In this document: piece after piece, positions 1-11,886 of the stretch | How positions within the stretch are numbered: position 1 is the stretch's first letter | How the letters are laid out: every line of letters starts with the position of its first letter | Assembly (NCBI RefSeq): GCF_006345805.1 | Contig: NC_043018.1 | Coordinates: forward strand, 6,138,001-6,202,000 | Source of the DNA: Octopus sinensis | Lineage: Eukaryota | Reading direction: 5' to 3' | Length of the DNA stretch: 64,000 nt | Program-made: the position numbers and the translations under genes | The notes under the pieces: generated by a model | The model's database searches: none | The model's input: only the letters and a program-made list of their open reading frames with translations | Told to the model about the DNA's origin: nothing

Positions 1-499
1 GGACCACTGTTCTCAAATAGTATCCTCTTCCCCTCTCCCTCTCTCCGCATTTACCGTTGGTGGAACTTTTGCAAGGTAAAGAATTTGAACTTATAGCACT
101 AAAAGCTGGAACATGCATCCCGTCTTGTGCTTAAACAACTCTGCCAGTTTATTATTGCCCTGGCTTGCTCCTTTGTCGGACTGTTATAGGACTGAAAGCT
201 AGACTTGACCTCGGCTCTATTTGTTATGTGTGTATTGATGCTAGCATGTAAACAAACATGTACGTTATTCAGTATATATACATATAAACATGTGTGTTTA
301 CGGACACGTGCTCATATGGAGGAAACAATCTTCTGTTATTCATGTGTGTGTTGAAAATGAAGGAAAAGAGAAATAAAGAAAGTTCTGACAATGCAGAAAG
401 TTAAAAATAACTTTATATTTTGGGCACAAAGGCCTCTCGGCGATCCTTCGTTATAAGTACACACGTGACTTTGTTTACATTTCTGAAGATAACAGAAAC

Positions 500-710
500 C
501 CTTTTCTCCGACCCTTAACCCTAACCCTGACCCCCCATATATAACAAAAACACTTTCTTGAAATGTATCCGTTGTTATTTTTGACAGTTCAGTTTAGATA
601 TTGATGTATATATATTGACCAATGTATATATGAGTCCAAGAAAAAAAGTCACAGGGATTTTGTCCGGTGGGGTGGGGGTGGGGGCCTTGTCCGGATCCCA
701 TAAATTAATT
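500..710. mobile_element. Possible Helentron-associated (HINE-like) non-autonomous fragment
   Basis: cccttaaccctaaccctgacccc block plus gggattttgtccgg...ttgtccggatccc block; both motif types recur in invertebrate Helentron-derived elements. Termini not established. Confidence 0.3.
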
Positions 711-1049
711 GTAACTTTTTTCCTTAGCCAAAATTGTGGCTTTATTACTGTGACTTTATTACCGGTCAACAGGTGTGTGTGTATAACTTAGGAAGCGGAC
801 AGAAACTGCAAATTTAACGATTTCTCTGTTGATTGGGGAAAAAATTATGAATAGCCTTAATCGATGTTTGAATCATACTGGATTCTCATTGGGTGTGTCT
901 ACATCACTTGACCAATCCCAGAACCAATCTTTTTTTATACACAACAAATCCAGATGTTTCAGGAGCTATTGATTTGCATACTGCTAATATTTAACACTAC
1001 ACGCGCACACACACACACAGATAGATAGATACATACATACATACATACA

Positions 1050-1086
<37 letters not shown>

Positions 1087-1246
1087 GTATGTTGATGCAA
1101 ACAGGAAAATTAGAACTCAAAATATGAGTATATATATATATTTTTATTAATATTTAGCAAAAGTAACAGAGTGACTCAAGGGCAAAGAGTTTCGTGTGTT
1201 CATGTTTGAGTTACTCTGTTAAATAGTAATAGATATATATACATAG

Positions 1247-1281
<35 letters not shown>

Positions 1282-1292
1282 CATGCATGCAT

Positions 1293-1352
<60 letters not shown>

Positions 1353-2522
1353 TATATATACATACATGCATACATGCATATATATATATATGTGTGTGTG
1401 TGTGTATAGGTGCAGGTGTGGCTGCTTGTTAAGACGCTTGCTTCCTGACCACATTGTTTTAAGGTTCAGTTCCACTCTGTGATAGCTTGGGCAGTTGCAA
1501 CCACCACCCTACAATCATGCACTCCGCCACCCCCACTCACCTTTCTGTTTGTCTGACACCCCTCAACAACTACTGTAGGTTTGCTTTTATTTGTCAACAA
1601 AATACAATGAATCTTAGTCTTAAATAAGCACTGGGGTTGATTTGATACCCGTAACTTTTTAGTTGAAGAAATCCACCCCAGGACTTGTTCTTTGTAAGCC
1701 TAGTACTTATTTTATCGGTCTCTTTTGCTGAACTGCTAAGTTACAGTGACTTAAACACGCCAACATCAGTTGTCAAGCAATAGTGGGGTGACAAACACTA
1801 AAACACACACACACATGTGTATATGTATGTGTGTATATATACACACACACACATATATACACACACACACACATATATATATATACAATAGTTTTCTTTC
1901 AGTTTCCTTCTACCAAATCCACTCACATGGCTTCGGTCAGCCCAAGACATTTGTCCAAGGTGCCATGCAATGGGACTGAACCCAGAACCATTGTGGTTGG
2001 GAAGCAAACTTTTTACCACACAGCCACACCTGTACGTCCTTAATTTCCATGCTGGTATGGGTTGGATGGTTTGACAAGAACAGATGAGCCAGAAATCTGA
2101 GCCCGGTTCTATTGTCTGCTTTGGCATGGTTTCTACAGCTGGATGCCCTTCCTAATGCCAGCCATTCCTTAGAGTGTACTGGGTGCTTTTTATGTGGCAC
2201 CAGCATTGGTGAGGCCACCAAGTACCTGCAAAATAGGACCCCTGAACTGAGTTGGGTATAGACTGGAGAAAGTATGACAGAGAGAGAGGAGGAGGTGTCT
2301 TGCTGAAAAGGTGAGTACATGGTTTGCTCACCTGGAAAGCAAGAGAAAGGTATGTGCACACACACACACACATGCATATGCATAGGCACACACATACATA
2401 TATAGCATGGCTACGTTGTTGCTTCCCAACCACATGTTTTCCAGTATAGCCTCAAGCCAACCAAAGCCTTGGTGGATTTGGTAGACAGAAACTGAAAGAA
2501 GCCCATCATATATATATATATA

Positions 2523-2945
2523 TAGGCGCAGGAGTGGCTGTGTGGAAAGTAGCTTGTTTACCAACCACATGGTTCCAGGTTCAGTCCCACTGCGTGGCAC
2601 TTTGGGCAAGTGTCTTCTACTATAGCCTCGGCCCGACCAAAGCCTTGTGAGTGGATTTGGTAGACGGAAACTTAAAGAAGCCCATTGTATGTATGTATAT
2701 TTGTGTGTGTGTGTGTGTGTATGTGTGTGTAAATGTTTGTGTGTCTGTGTTTGTCCCCCCAACATTGCTTGACAACCGATGCTGGTGTGTTTACGTCTCT
2801 GTAACTTAGCAGTTCAGCAAAAGAGACCGATAGAATAAGTACTAGGCTTACAAAGAATAAGTCCTGGGGTCGATTTGCTCGTCTAAAGGCAGTGCTCCAG
2901 CATGGCCACAGTCAAATGACTGAAACAAGTAAAAGAGTAAAAGAG
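2523..2945 (+). mobile_element. tRNA-headed SINE family A, full length
   Basis: A-box-like TGGCTGTGTGG, B-box-like GGTTCCAGGTTCAGTCCC, CORE-like ctttgggcaagtg, internal (TA)n/(GT)n linker, 3' tail gtaaaagagtaaaagag. More than 15 homologous copies or fragments in the window. Confidence 0.85.
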
Positions 2946-3224
2946 AGTATGTGTGTGCTTCACACTCAAATGACGGCCTTCTGCACAGTTTCTCTCCACC
3001 AGATTTACTCACAAAGCATTGGTCAGCTCGGAGAGCTTGAGTGAAAGTCACGAAGCACCATACAGTGGAACAGAACCTGACACACTGTGGTTGGAAAACA
3101 AATTTTTAGCCACATGCTCATTAATAAATGCACAGGAAAATAAAACAAAAACGAAAAAAAAATAAAGACATCATTTTTTTTTCTTGCCATTTTCTAATTA
3201 TTTTTGTTTCAATTGTTTCTGCAG

Positions 3225-3383
3225 AACAAACCTGTGATGTTTGCTGGAATCTCCATGTTTGTTGGTTGTGTGGCTTATATAATCTTCATGAACCTTAATG
3301 ATGACAAAAAAAGCAGGACCTACGTCTCTGTTGCAGAAGATGGATCGTTAATAAAAAGACAGCGGACTTCTCGCTGGGATTGA
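3225..3383 (+). CDS. SMIM8: Terminal coding exon of small integral membrane protein 8 (SMIM8-like); upstream exon not found in window
   Basis: Polypyrimidine tract and acceptor ttgtttctgcag|AAC at 3224/3225. Phase-0 translation NKPVMFAGISMFVGCVAYIIFMNLNDDKKSRTYVSVAEDGSLIKRQRTSRWD* (52 aa, TGA 3381-3383). This matches the SMIM8 C-terminal half as I recall it (NKPVM..FG...CVAYI transmembrane helix...RxxSxWD C-terminus). Too short and ATG-late for the ORF track. Confidence 0.85.
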   Translation, partial: NKPVMFAGISMFVGCVAYIIFMNLNDDKKSRTYVSVAEDGSLIKRQRTSRWD

Positions 3384-3924
3384 TCCCTAAACATCATTTT
3401 TGGTTTCTTTCTTTTTCTTCTTGTTTGTTTTTCTCTGGTTTAACCCTTTAGCATTCAGGTCACTTTGTCAAATGTAATGCTTATTTTTTCACATTGCCAC
3501 ATTCTAACCTTTCATCATCTGACCACAAGATCCCCTCCTCCAATGCCCCCTTCCCTCTCAAAATTTCTTGTCCTGCAAGTTACTTGGTGACCCTACCAGT
3601 GCTGGTGCCACATGAAAAGCATCCAATCCTCACTGTAAATTGGTTGGCATTTGGAAGGGCGTCTGGCTGTTAAAACCATGCCAAAACTGACTCTACCTGT
3701 GTTGCTGCTATGTAAAAAGCACTTAGTCCACTCTATGGGGTGGTTGGTGACAGAAAGGACACCCAACTTTAAAAACCCTGCCGAAACAGAAACAGTAGCA
3801 CTTACCCTAAAATATCATTTTAAAAATATGGTGCAACTCTCCGGCTAACCAGTTTCAGTCAAACCTTCTAACCCATGCCAGTGTAGAAAGCAGACGCTAA
3901 AAGATGATGGTGATGATAATAATA

Positions 3925-4290
3925 ATAATAATAATGAAATTATTGTATACAGTGCTCAGATGCACCACAACTTGTCAAAAATGCATATAAAGCATATGCA
4001 GTAATGTACAAATGTCTGGAAAGCGAACAGTGTATGAGTCAGATAAATGCTTGCATGTGTATGGAGGGGAGAAAATCAGGTGTAGTGTTGGTGAATCTCA
4101 GGAAGCATGAAAGTTTTGAAGGATGCAGTGCTCCGACAACTAACAACTGATGTCGGCAGTTTGTTCCATGCTTCAGCAACTCTTAGCATGAAAAAATGTT
4201 TCCGAAAGTCATGGGAGCTGTACTGTTTTCTGACTTTGTAAATATGTCCACGGGTGTTAGACGGGTGGAGTTTGAAAAGGTGCTCAGAGT
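3925..4290 (-). mobile_element. CR1-type LINE 3' fragment
   Basis: Minus strand reads HPSNTRGHIYKVRKQYSSHDFRKHFFMLRVAEAWNKLPTSVVSCRSTASFK (CR1 ORF2 C-terminal TRGH..R..FF..RV..WN.LP motif), followed by a 3' UTR and an (ATT)n tail. Second copy at 45625-45842. Confidence 0.8.
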
Positions 4291-4572
4291 TGTGAGATAA
4301 ACTAGGAACAAGAAGAATCAGCAGTAGAGCACAAGAATGATGACTATGCTGGTGCCAACAGGTGAGGTATACAGAGGGTAATGGACATAGAAAAAACCGC
4401 TATGATCTCAAAGTGGAAGAATAAAGAGTAAGAAAGACATTGGCAGAAGTGGAAAGAGCTTATATGTATAAATTATTAACCATGTAAATGAAGTAAGGAC
4501 AGGTTAGATTGGAATGGAATTGAGCCACACAATATGTAATAAAGATAAAACAAAATGTTTATATTTTGAATG

Positions 4573-4641
4573 TATTTAGTACATGTGTTTCTGGCAATTA
4601 TGTCAGTAATTTCTTATCTAATATCTTCCTCAGTCAAAATA
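4573..4641 (-). ncRNA. Decayed hammerhead-like motif
   Basis: Minus strand CUGAGGA...GAAAC-ACAU-GUA; stems I and II pair poorly. Confidence 0.35.
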
Positions 4642-5343
4642 TTTCAAGATAAAAATGCTAAAGCAAAATTTAGCCCTATGCATAACATTTGTCTAGTTGG
4701 TCGCAAGAGAACTTACATACAAGCAGGGAGAAAGGAGAATGATAGATAGAAGAGATAGTGTAGAGGGGGAAAATTAGATAGAAGGGGAGGGAATAGGTAT
4801 CTAAGGAGGAAATACAAGGCAGAGGTAGATGAGAAGAATGAAAGGGAAGATATTAAGCAAATGAGTAGATAAATAAACAAATGGATGGATAAATCAGAAA
4901 GATAGAAGGTGGATGGAGAGGAAAAGAGGGAGTAAGATAAAATGGAAAGTAGGAGAATACAGTTGAAGTAGAAAAAGAAAGGGAGGATGAGAAAGAAGAG
5001 GAAAATAGTGAAAAGTGAAACAGAGTGGAGAAAATGGGGCTGGCTGTGGGAGGGAAGGGTAGAAAAAACGAATAAAAGCTGGAAAAGATCAAAAATAGGC
5101 CAGTGACATGAAAGATTCAGTTCTTTGGAAAAGAGGAATAAAAAAAAAAAAAAAGGAGAGAAAGGAGCAGGAGTTGTAGAGTTAGTTGAGGTATTACAGT
5201 TAAGAAAGAGGAGAGAATGTCAGATTATGCCTTCCGTATCAATAGAAATGTATTTGACCACAGTTGTAATTCTAGTGACTTGACACCAAAAACAGGCCAG
5301 TAGATAAGATCAGTATAGGTATGTGTGTGTGTGTATATATACA

Positions 5344-5384
<41 letters not shown>

Positions 5385-5392
5385 ATATATAT

Positions 5393-5426
<34 letters not shown>

Positions 5427-5654
5427 AAATAAGAGAATGGAGAAATACATCGAAATCAAATATCAATTACTAGATAATACTCAATCACATACTTTATTAA
5501 ACCACTACATAAGAAACTATAAGGTTAAACATAATAATGCAGGGTAAAACAGTGTACATGAAGGAGTGTACATAAAATAGTAATGTTATACAATAGGTAG
5601 AATACGTATAATAGAACATAAATACAAGTACACATAAATATAAATATAGACTAT

Positions 5655-5768
5655 ATCTTACAGCTGTTTCGGCATGTGTCATTCAACTCATATTAGCCAT
5701 TTATGGTAGGTCAATATGTAGTTATAAATGAGACATTTACAAAAACATCCTAAGGCCTCTTCGGAGAT
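5655..5768 (-). ncRNA. Type I hammerhead-like motif, U4C core variant (left arm)
   Basis: AUCU-CCGAAGA-GGC..~85 nt..GCC-GAAAC-AGCU-GUA|AGAU. Confidence 0.55.
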
Positions 5769-6713
5769 TACAAATTAGATTACATATATACTTATAAAGG
5801 TGTGGGTATGTATGTTTTTGTATTGATATGTATATTCATGGTTGGATATATATGTATATGCTTTTCTTATGTGTATGAGGACGCAAATGAATATTTGGAT
5901 GTGTATATAAATATATACAAAAGTTTGCAGACATGGTGCATGAGAGTATATATGTATATGTATATGTGCGGATGTACGCGTGTATGTGTGTGTACAAATG
6001 TTGGTATAGTTTTTCCCTTGCCTATGCTAGTCTAGTAGAAACCTAAAGCTATCAACAAACCAACCGTAGGAAAGACAATGGTAATTTAAATTCAAACCCA
6101 CAGGCCAATCATAATTTAGCGCTAGATCCGTAATTATTTCTGAAATAATAGTGTATTTATGTCACAAGGAAAATTATAAACTTAAAATCAAACTTACATA
6201 TGTACACCTGTGGATTTAATGTAGTATAAACAGAATGCTGGTACTTCATATTTAGTATGTATATACGGATATATAACACTTTGCACGGTTTTGTAATACT
6301 ATTGTGACTATATTGTTAATAATGAATTTATGTATTGTTTCTCTAGTATTAGCGTTATTAATGATGATATTGGTAGCATTAGTGGTAATGACAATGATAA
6401 TGATGCTAGCATTAATGACATTTTAGAAATTAATAAGAACTAATAGAAAGTAACCTTGACTCTCTATATCTGCATTTGGATATTAATATGTGTATGTTTT
6501 TCTACAATGTAATTATCACAACATTAAGTTGATAAACTGTAACGTTGAATGTGGAGTATATGTATGTTTATTAATTTATATTATTTATATCATTATGTAT
6601 ATGTATATTTATATGTATAGGAGTGTGAGTATATGCACTCATATGTATATGTATATGTTTTATTATGGGTATATACCCACACCTATATAAGTATGTATGT
6701 AATCTAATTTGTA

Positions 6714-6840
6714 ATCTCCGAAGAGGTCTTAGGATGTTTTTGTAAATGTCTCATTTATAACTACATATTGACTTACCATAAATGGCTAATATGAGTTGAA
6801 TGAGACATGCTTACCTACATGGCCGAAACAGCTGTAAGAT
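6714..6840 (+). ncRNA. Type I hammerhead-like motif, U4C core variant (right arm)
   Basis: AUCU-CCGAAGA-GGUC..~90 nt..GGCC-GAAAC-AGCU-GUA|AGAU; putative cut after 6836. Confidence 0.55.
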
Positions 6841-7278
6841 ATAGTCTATATTTATATTTATGTGTACTTGTATTTATGTTCTATTATACGTATTCAACTT
6901 ATTGTATAACATTACTATTTTATGTACACTCCTTCATGTACACTGTTTTACCCTGCATTATTATGTTTAACCTTAAAGTTTCTTATGTAGTGGTTTAATA
7001 AAGTATGTGATTGAGTATTATCTAGTAATTGATATTTGATTTCGATGTATTTCTCCATTCTCTTATTTTGTATTATGAATTTGTGGTAAAACATTTTACC
7101 TTTGCCCATATAATACAGTAAATGAATTAATTGTATCACAATTCTTAACATTTATGTATTAACTTTGTTGGGTAATTCACTAGCAGTATATTCGATATAT
7201 GGTATCCCATGGTGGGTTGCATTTACAACCTCTATCTCAATTTGTAACTTTATGTATATATATATGTATATATATAAC

Positions 7279-7820
7279 AAGTGAGACCATAACCCGTGGC
7301 CTTCTACATGGGATGTAGCCAGCCCACTTATGCATACCTTCCCTTCTTGGGACACAAAACTCTACTTGTGAAGACCTGTTGAGGCAAGTGAGAATCAGAA
7401 TCGAAATCGATCAATGGAAATTGCAGCTGAGTTACCAGTGCCGGTGGCACGTAAGAGAACAATCCGAATGTGGCCGTTGCCAGCGCCGCCTTGACTGGCC
7501 TCGTGCCGGCGGCACGTAAAAAGCACCATCTGTTTGTGGCCGTTGCCAGCGCCGCCCCGACTGGCCACATGCCGGTGGCATGTAAAAAGCACCATCCGAT
7601 CGTGGCCGTTTGCCAGACTCGTCTGGCACCTGTGCCGGTGGCACGTAAAAAGCACCCACTACACTCATGGAGTGGTTGGCATTAGGAAGGGCATCCAGCC
7701 GTAGAAACATTGCCAGATCAAACTGGGCCTGGTGCAGCCTTCTGGCTTCCCAAACCCCAGTTGAACCATCCAACCCATGCTAGCATGGAAAGCGGACGCA
7801 AAACGATGATGATGATGATA
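7279..7820 (+). mobile_element. 5'-truncated RTE LINE 3' UTR with four ~65-bp hairpin units and a (GAT)n tail
   Basis: Homologous to the 3' UTR of the RTE at 28604-31866; ends catgctagcatggaaagcggacgcaaaacgatgatgatgatg. Confidence 0.85.
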
Positions 7821-7894
7821 TTTATATATGTATATATATGTATATATATATATGTATATATGTATATATATATATGTATATATATATGTATGTA

Positions 7895-7941
<47 letters not shown>

Positions 7942-8329
7942 ACAGTAAACATAATCGAACACACAGACACAGACCTCTCACCTCACAGCTGTCAGTTTTC
8001 TGACATCTACCCATCCACAAACACAATCACGCATTCAGACACACACATACACACATTAAGACAGTTATATACAGTCACACACACAGGCACTCATTCATAA
8101 AAGAAATCATTTAAACCCACCATTCTTTTGACCTGCACTCTCTCACCTTACTATTCTTATGCCTCCCTACTCCTACTCCATTTGAACCCTTGAACCTTTA
8201 GAACCTTCTAGATTCTTCTACATTCAGCCACTCTGACGTCACTCCTTATAAAGAGACCCTCATTATTGCGATGGGCTCCTTGAGAGCGGTCAGCTAAAAG
8301 TTTTTTGTGCATTTTGATGTCAACATAAG

Positions 8330-8428
8330 TTCTTTTATTTTTCTGATGAGAAATCTGCATAATGTACTCCTTATTCCTTCGGAATTAGAAATATGCAGCC
8401 TTCGAAACATATGTTGAAAATAAAGGAA
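8330..8428 (+). ncRNA. Type I hammerhead ribozyme, intact core
   Basis: 13-bp stem I (8330-8342 with 8416-8428, two GU pairs); CUGAUGA 8343-8349; stem II GAA/UUC plus CUGCAUA/UAUGCAG; GAAAC-AUAU-GUU, cut after 8415. Confidence 0.8.
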
Positions 8429-8497
8429 ATTTGTTAACTAGTCGTTCAACTCCATTCTTTCATATACTTATAATTTTAAATTACTTATAATTTTAAA

Positions 8498-8529
<32 letters not shown>

Positions 8530-8567
8530 TATATATATATAATATATATATATATATGTATATACAT

Positions 8568-8656
<89 letters not shown>

Positions 8657-9149
8657 CAATTTATTACAATTTTATGTATTGATTATATATATACACATAT
8701 ATATATATATTATATATATATATCAATAGGTCTGAAGTGGTCTACATAAATGTACATAAACACACATATTCACAAAAGTACACACATACATAGAGATAGG
8801 CATAAATATATGCATTACACACATATATATATATACATCTGTATAGGTATATTAAGACGTATTATTTGTAGAGTAACAAAGCATGTGAATAGACAATGCG
8901 AAATAGATTGCAAACCAGGAAAATGCTGCCAAAAAAGGAGGTTTAAGGTAAATGAATAAAAAGATGAAATAAAATAGGATATAAATCAATAAATGAAGTA
9001 ATGAAAAATGAGTTGGGAAAGGAGGAGTTATGAGGTAAGCTATTACATAAGAGAAATAAGATTTGGATGAGGAACTGGTGTGTATTTTGGGTGCAGAAAT
9101 ATATAATATGTAATAATACAATATGACGACAATAATATAATGATTCTTG

Positions 9150-10415
9150 ATATAGGCACAGGAGTGGCTGTGTATTAAGTAGCATGCTTACCTACCACAT
9201 GGTTCCGGGTTCAGTCCCACTGTGTGGTATCTTGGGCAAGTGTCTTCTACTATAGCCCCAGGCCGACCAAAGTGAGTGGATTTGGTAGAAGGAAACTGGA
9301 AGAAGCCGTTGTATATATGTATACATATATAGACGTAGGAGTGGCTGTGTGGTAAGTAGCTTGTTTACCAACCACATGGTTCCGGGTTCAGTCCCACTGC
9401 GTGGCACCTTGGGCAAGTGTCTTCTACTATAGCCTCGGGCCGACCAAAGCCTTGTGAGTGGATTTGGTAGACGGAAACTGAAAGAAGCCCGTCGTATATA
9501 TGTATATATATATGTATGTGTGTGTGTTTGTGTGTCTGTGTTTGTCCCCCTAGCATTGCTTGACAACCGATGCTGGTGTGTTTACGTCCCCGTAACTTAG
9601 CGGTTCAGCAAAAGAGACCGATAGAATAAGTACTAGGCTTACAAAGAATAAGTCGCAGGGTCGATTTGCTTGATTAAAGGCGGTGCTCCAGCATGGCTGC
9701 AGTCAAATGACTGAAATAAGTAAAAGAGAATATATATATGTGTGTGTGTGTGTTTGTGTGTCTGTGTTTGTCCCCCCAACATTGCTTGACAACTGATGGT
9801 GGTGTGTTTACGTCCCCGTAACTTAGCGGTTTGGCAAAAGAGACGGATAGAATAAGTACTAGGCTTACAAAGAATAAGTCCAAGGGTCGATTTGCTTGAT
9901 CGACTAAAGGCAGTGCTCCAGTATAGCTGCAGTCAAATGACTAAAACAAAAGAGTAAAAAAGAGTAAAGAGTATATGTGTGTATGTTTGTGTGTCTGTGT
10001 TTGACCTCCTAGCATTACTTAACAACTGATGCTGGTGTGTTTATGTCCCCATGAATTAGCAGTTCGACAAAAGAGACTGATAGAATAAGTGCTAGGCTTA
10101 CAAAAGATAAGTCCTGGGCTTGATTTGCTCGACTAAAGGTGGTGCTCCAGCATGGCCACAGTCAAATGACTAAAACAAAAGAGTAAAGAGTATATGTGTG
10201 TGTGTATGTTTGTGTGTCTGTGTTTGACCCCCTAGCATTACTTGACAACCAATGCTGGTGTGTTTATGTCCCCGTGAATTAGCAGTTCGGCAGACCAATA
10301 GAATAAGTGCTAGGCTTACAAAGAATAAGTCCCAGGGTTGATTTGCTCGACTAAAGGTGGTGCTCCAGCATGGCTGCAGTTAAACGACTGAAACAAGTAC
10401 AAGAGTAAAAGAGAG
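9150..10415 (+). mobile_element. Tandem SINE A array: 5' half, full copy (9330-9728), then three 3' halves
   Basis: The block tgtgtctgtgtttg...gtcaaatgact...aagagtaaaagag repeats at ~9530, 9760, 9990 and 10215. Confidence 0.85.
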
Positions 10416-11463
10416 TAATAATGTTATGTGATATAATAAATTAATTAGCTGCGTTAATAAAATACAATTTAGAGAATAGGTTCATTGTATGTTTAAGACA
10501 AAGAGCAATTTTGACATATTATATCACACTCGTAGAAACAGAGATAAATAGGAAAGCATTAACGTAAAATACTGTCATACTTTATAGAATTCCCTACAGA
10601 AATAGACAATTGATTACAGAAGCAGTATTAATATAAGAACACAAAACTATGGTGAATGCAGAACATACATACATCATGAATACTAAAATTCTGGTGGAAA
10701 GATCTGTATAAAAGTAAGCTGCACATTATGAATAGGGAGCAGAGAAGCCAAAATAACTCCAAATCCTGAAGATCAGGCTGAGGTGGTCTGGAAAGTCGTT
10801 GATAAAAACGAATCTGAAAATGTCGTAGTTTTCATACAAATTATAACACAAATAATACACAAATAATACACAGATACAAGACAACCTGTTCCCTGAACTT
10901 ATGAATACATACATGCCTGCATTTATAGATTTTGAAACCTCCAGCATCTACATCTGGATTACAAATTTATACCCATCATCATTGTCGTCATCGTCATCAT
11001 CATCACCATCATTTAATGTCCATCTTCCATACAGCAATGGGTTTGACGGTTTGACAGGAACCAACCAGGTAGAAGACTACCTCCGGCTACTGTGTCTGAT
11101 TTGACAGGGCTTTTATGGCTGGATGCCCTTCCTATCACCAACCCTCCCATAGAGTGGACTGAGAGACTTTTACATGGCACCAGTGCAGGTGAGGTCAGTT
11201 TTGGCTTGGTTTTTACAGCTGAATGCCCTTCCAAATGCCAACCACCTTACAGTGTGGATTGGATGCTTTTTATGTGGCACCAGCACCAACAGGATCACCA
11301 AGTAACTTGCGAGACAAGGAATTTTGAGAGGGGAGGGGGCAATGGAGGAGGTGATCTTATGTCAGATGATGAAAAGTTAGAATGTGACAAAGAGACAGAG
11401 AGGTAGAAACAAGTGTCTTGCTATAGAGTAGATACATGGTTACCTGGCCAGATATATATATAT

Positions 11464-11508
<45 letters not shown>

Positions 11509-11509
11509 T

Positions 11510-11840
11510 GACACTTGTGTCGTGGTGGTGGCACAAAAAAACATTCAACCGAGGTCGTTGCCAGTGCTGCTGGACTGGCTCCTGTTCAGGTGGCACGTAA
11601 AAAACACCATTTGAGCGTGGCCATTGCCAGTACCACCTGACTGGCCCTCATGCCGGTGGCATGTAAAAGCACCCACTACACTCTCAGAGAGGTTGGCATT
11701 AGGAAAGGCATCCAGCTGTAGAAACTCTGTCAGATCAGATTGGAGCCTAGTGCAGCTATCTGGTTCACCAGTCCTCAGTCAAATCGGTCAACCTATGCTA
11801 GCATGGAAAGTGTAAGTTAAACGATGATGATGATGATATA
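11510..11840 (+). mobile_element. 5'-truncated RTE 3' end with (GAT)n tail
   Basis: Same terminal ~190 nt as the RTE at 28604. Further copies at ~2040-2350(-), 3560-3915(+), 10980-11430(-), 14860-15360(+), 17180-17570(-), 21190-21535(+), 27720-27935(-), 32800-33090(-), 33360-33580(+), 36010-36290(+), 39485-39745(+), 41905-42420(-), 55740-55995(+), 59345-59700(-). Confidence 0.8.
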
Positions 11841-11841
11841 T

Positions 11842-11885
<44 letters not shown>

Positions 11886-11886
<1 letters not shown>

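Larger units (their letters stand above)
5422..7073. repeat. Long inverted repeat: arms 5422-5809 and 6673-7073, spacer ~860 bp (probable inverted Penelope pLTR pair)
   Basis: Arms are reverse complements with about 8 substitutions and one ~12-nt indel. The ORF track shows the same peptides on opposite strands (AETAVRYSLYLY; QNKRMEKYIEIK). Confidence 0.9.

Noticed and set aside
483-499. CUGAAGA-UAACA-GAAAC hammerhead core
   Set aside because: Stem II is 1 bp, and no NUH site or stem I follows.
511-535. Telomere-like (CCCTAA)n
   Set aside because: Only about three degenerate units; better explained as part of a Helentron-type element.
1-3224. First coding exon of SMIM8 (expected ...ELFxKP|GT)
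   Set aside because: I could not find a matching frame in this interval by eye; it is probably upstream of the window.
10763-10803. CUGAAGA..GAAAG-UC-GUU hammerhead-like motif
   Set aside because: Stem III is mispaired (G15.2 with G16.2), stem II is out of register, and stem I is 3 bp; at most a decayed relic.
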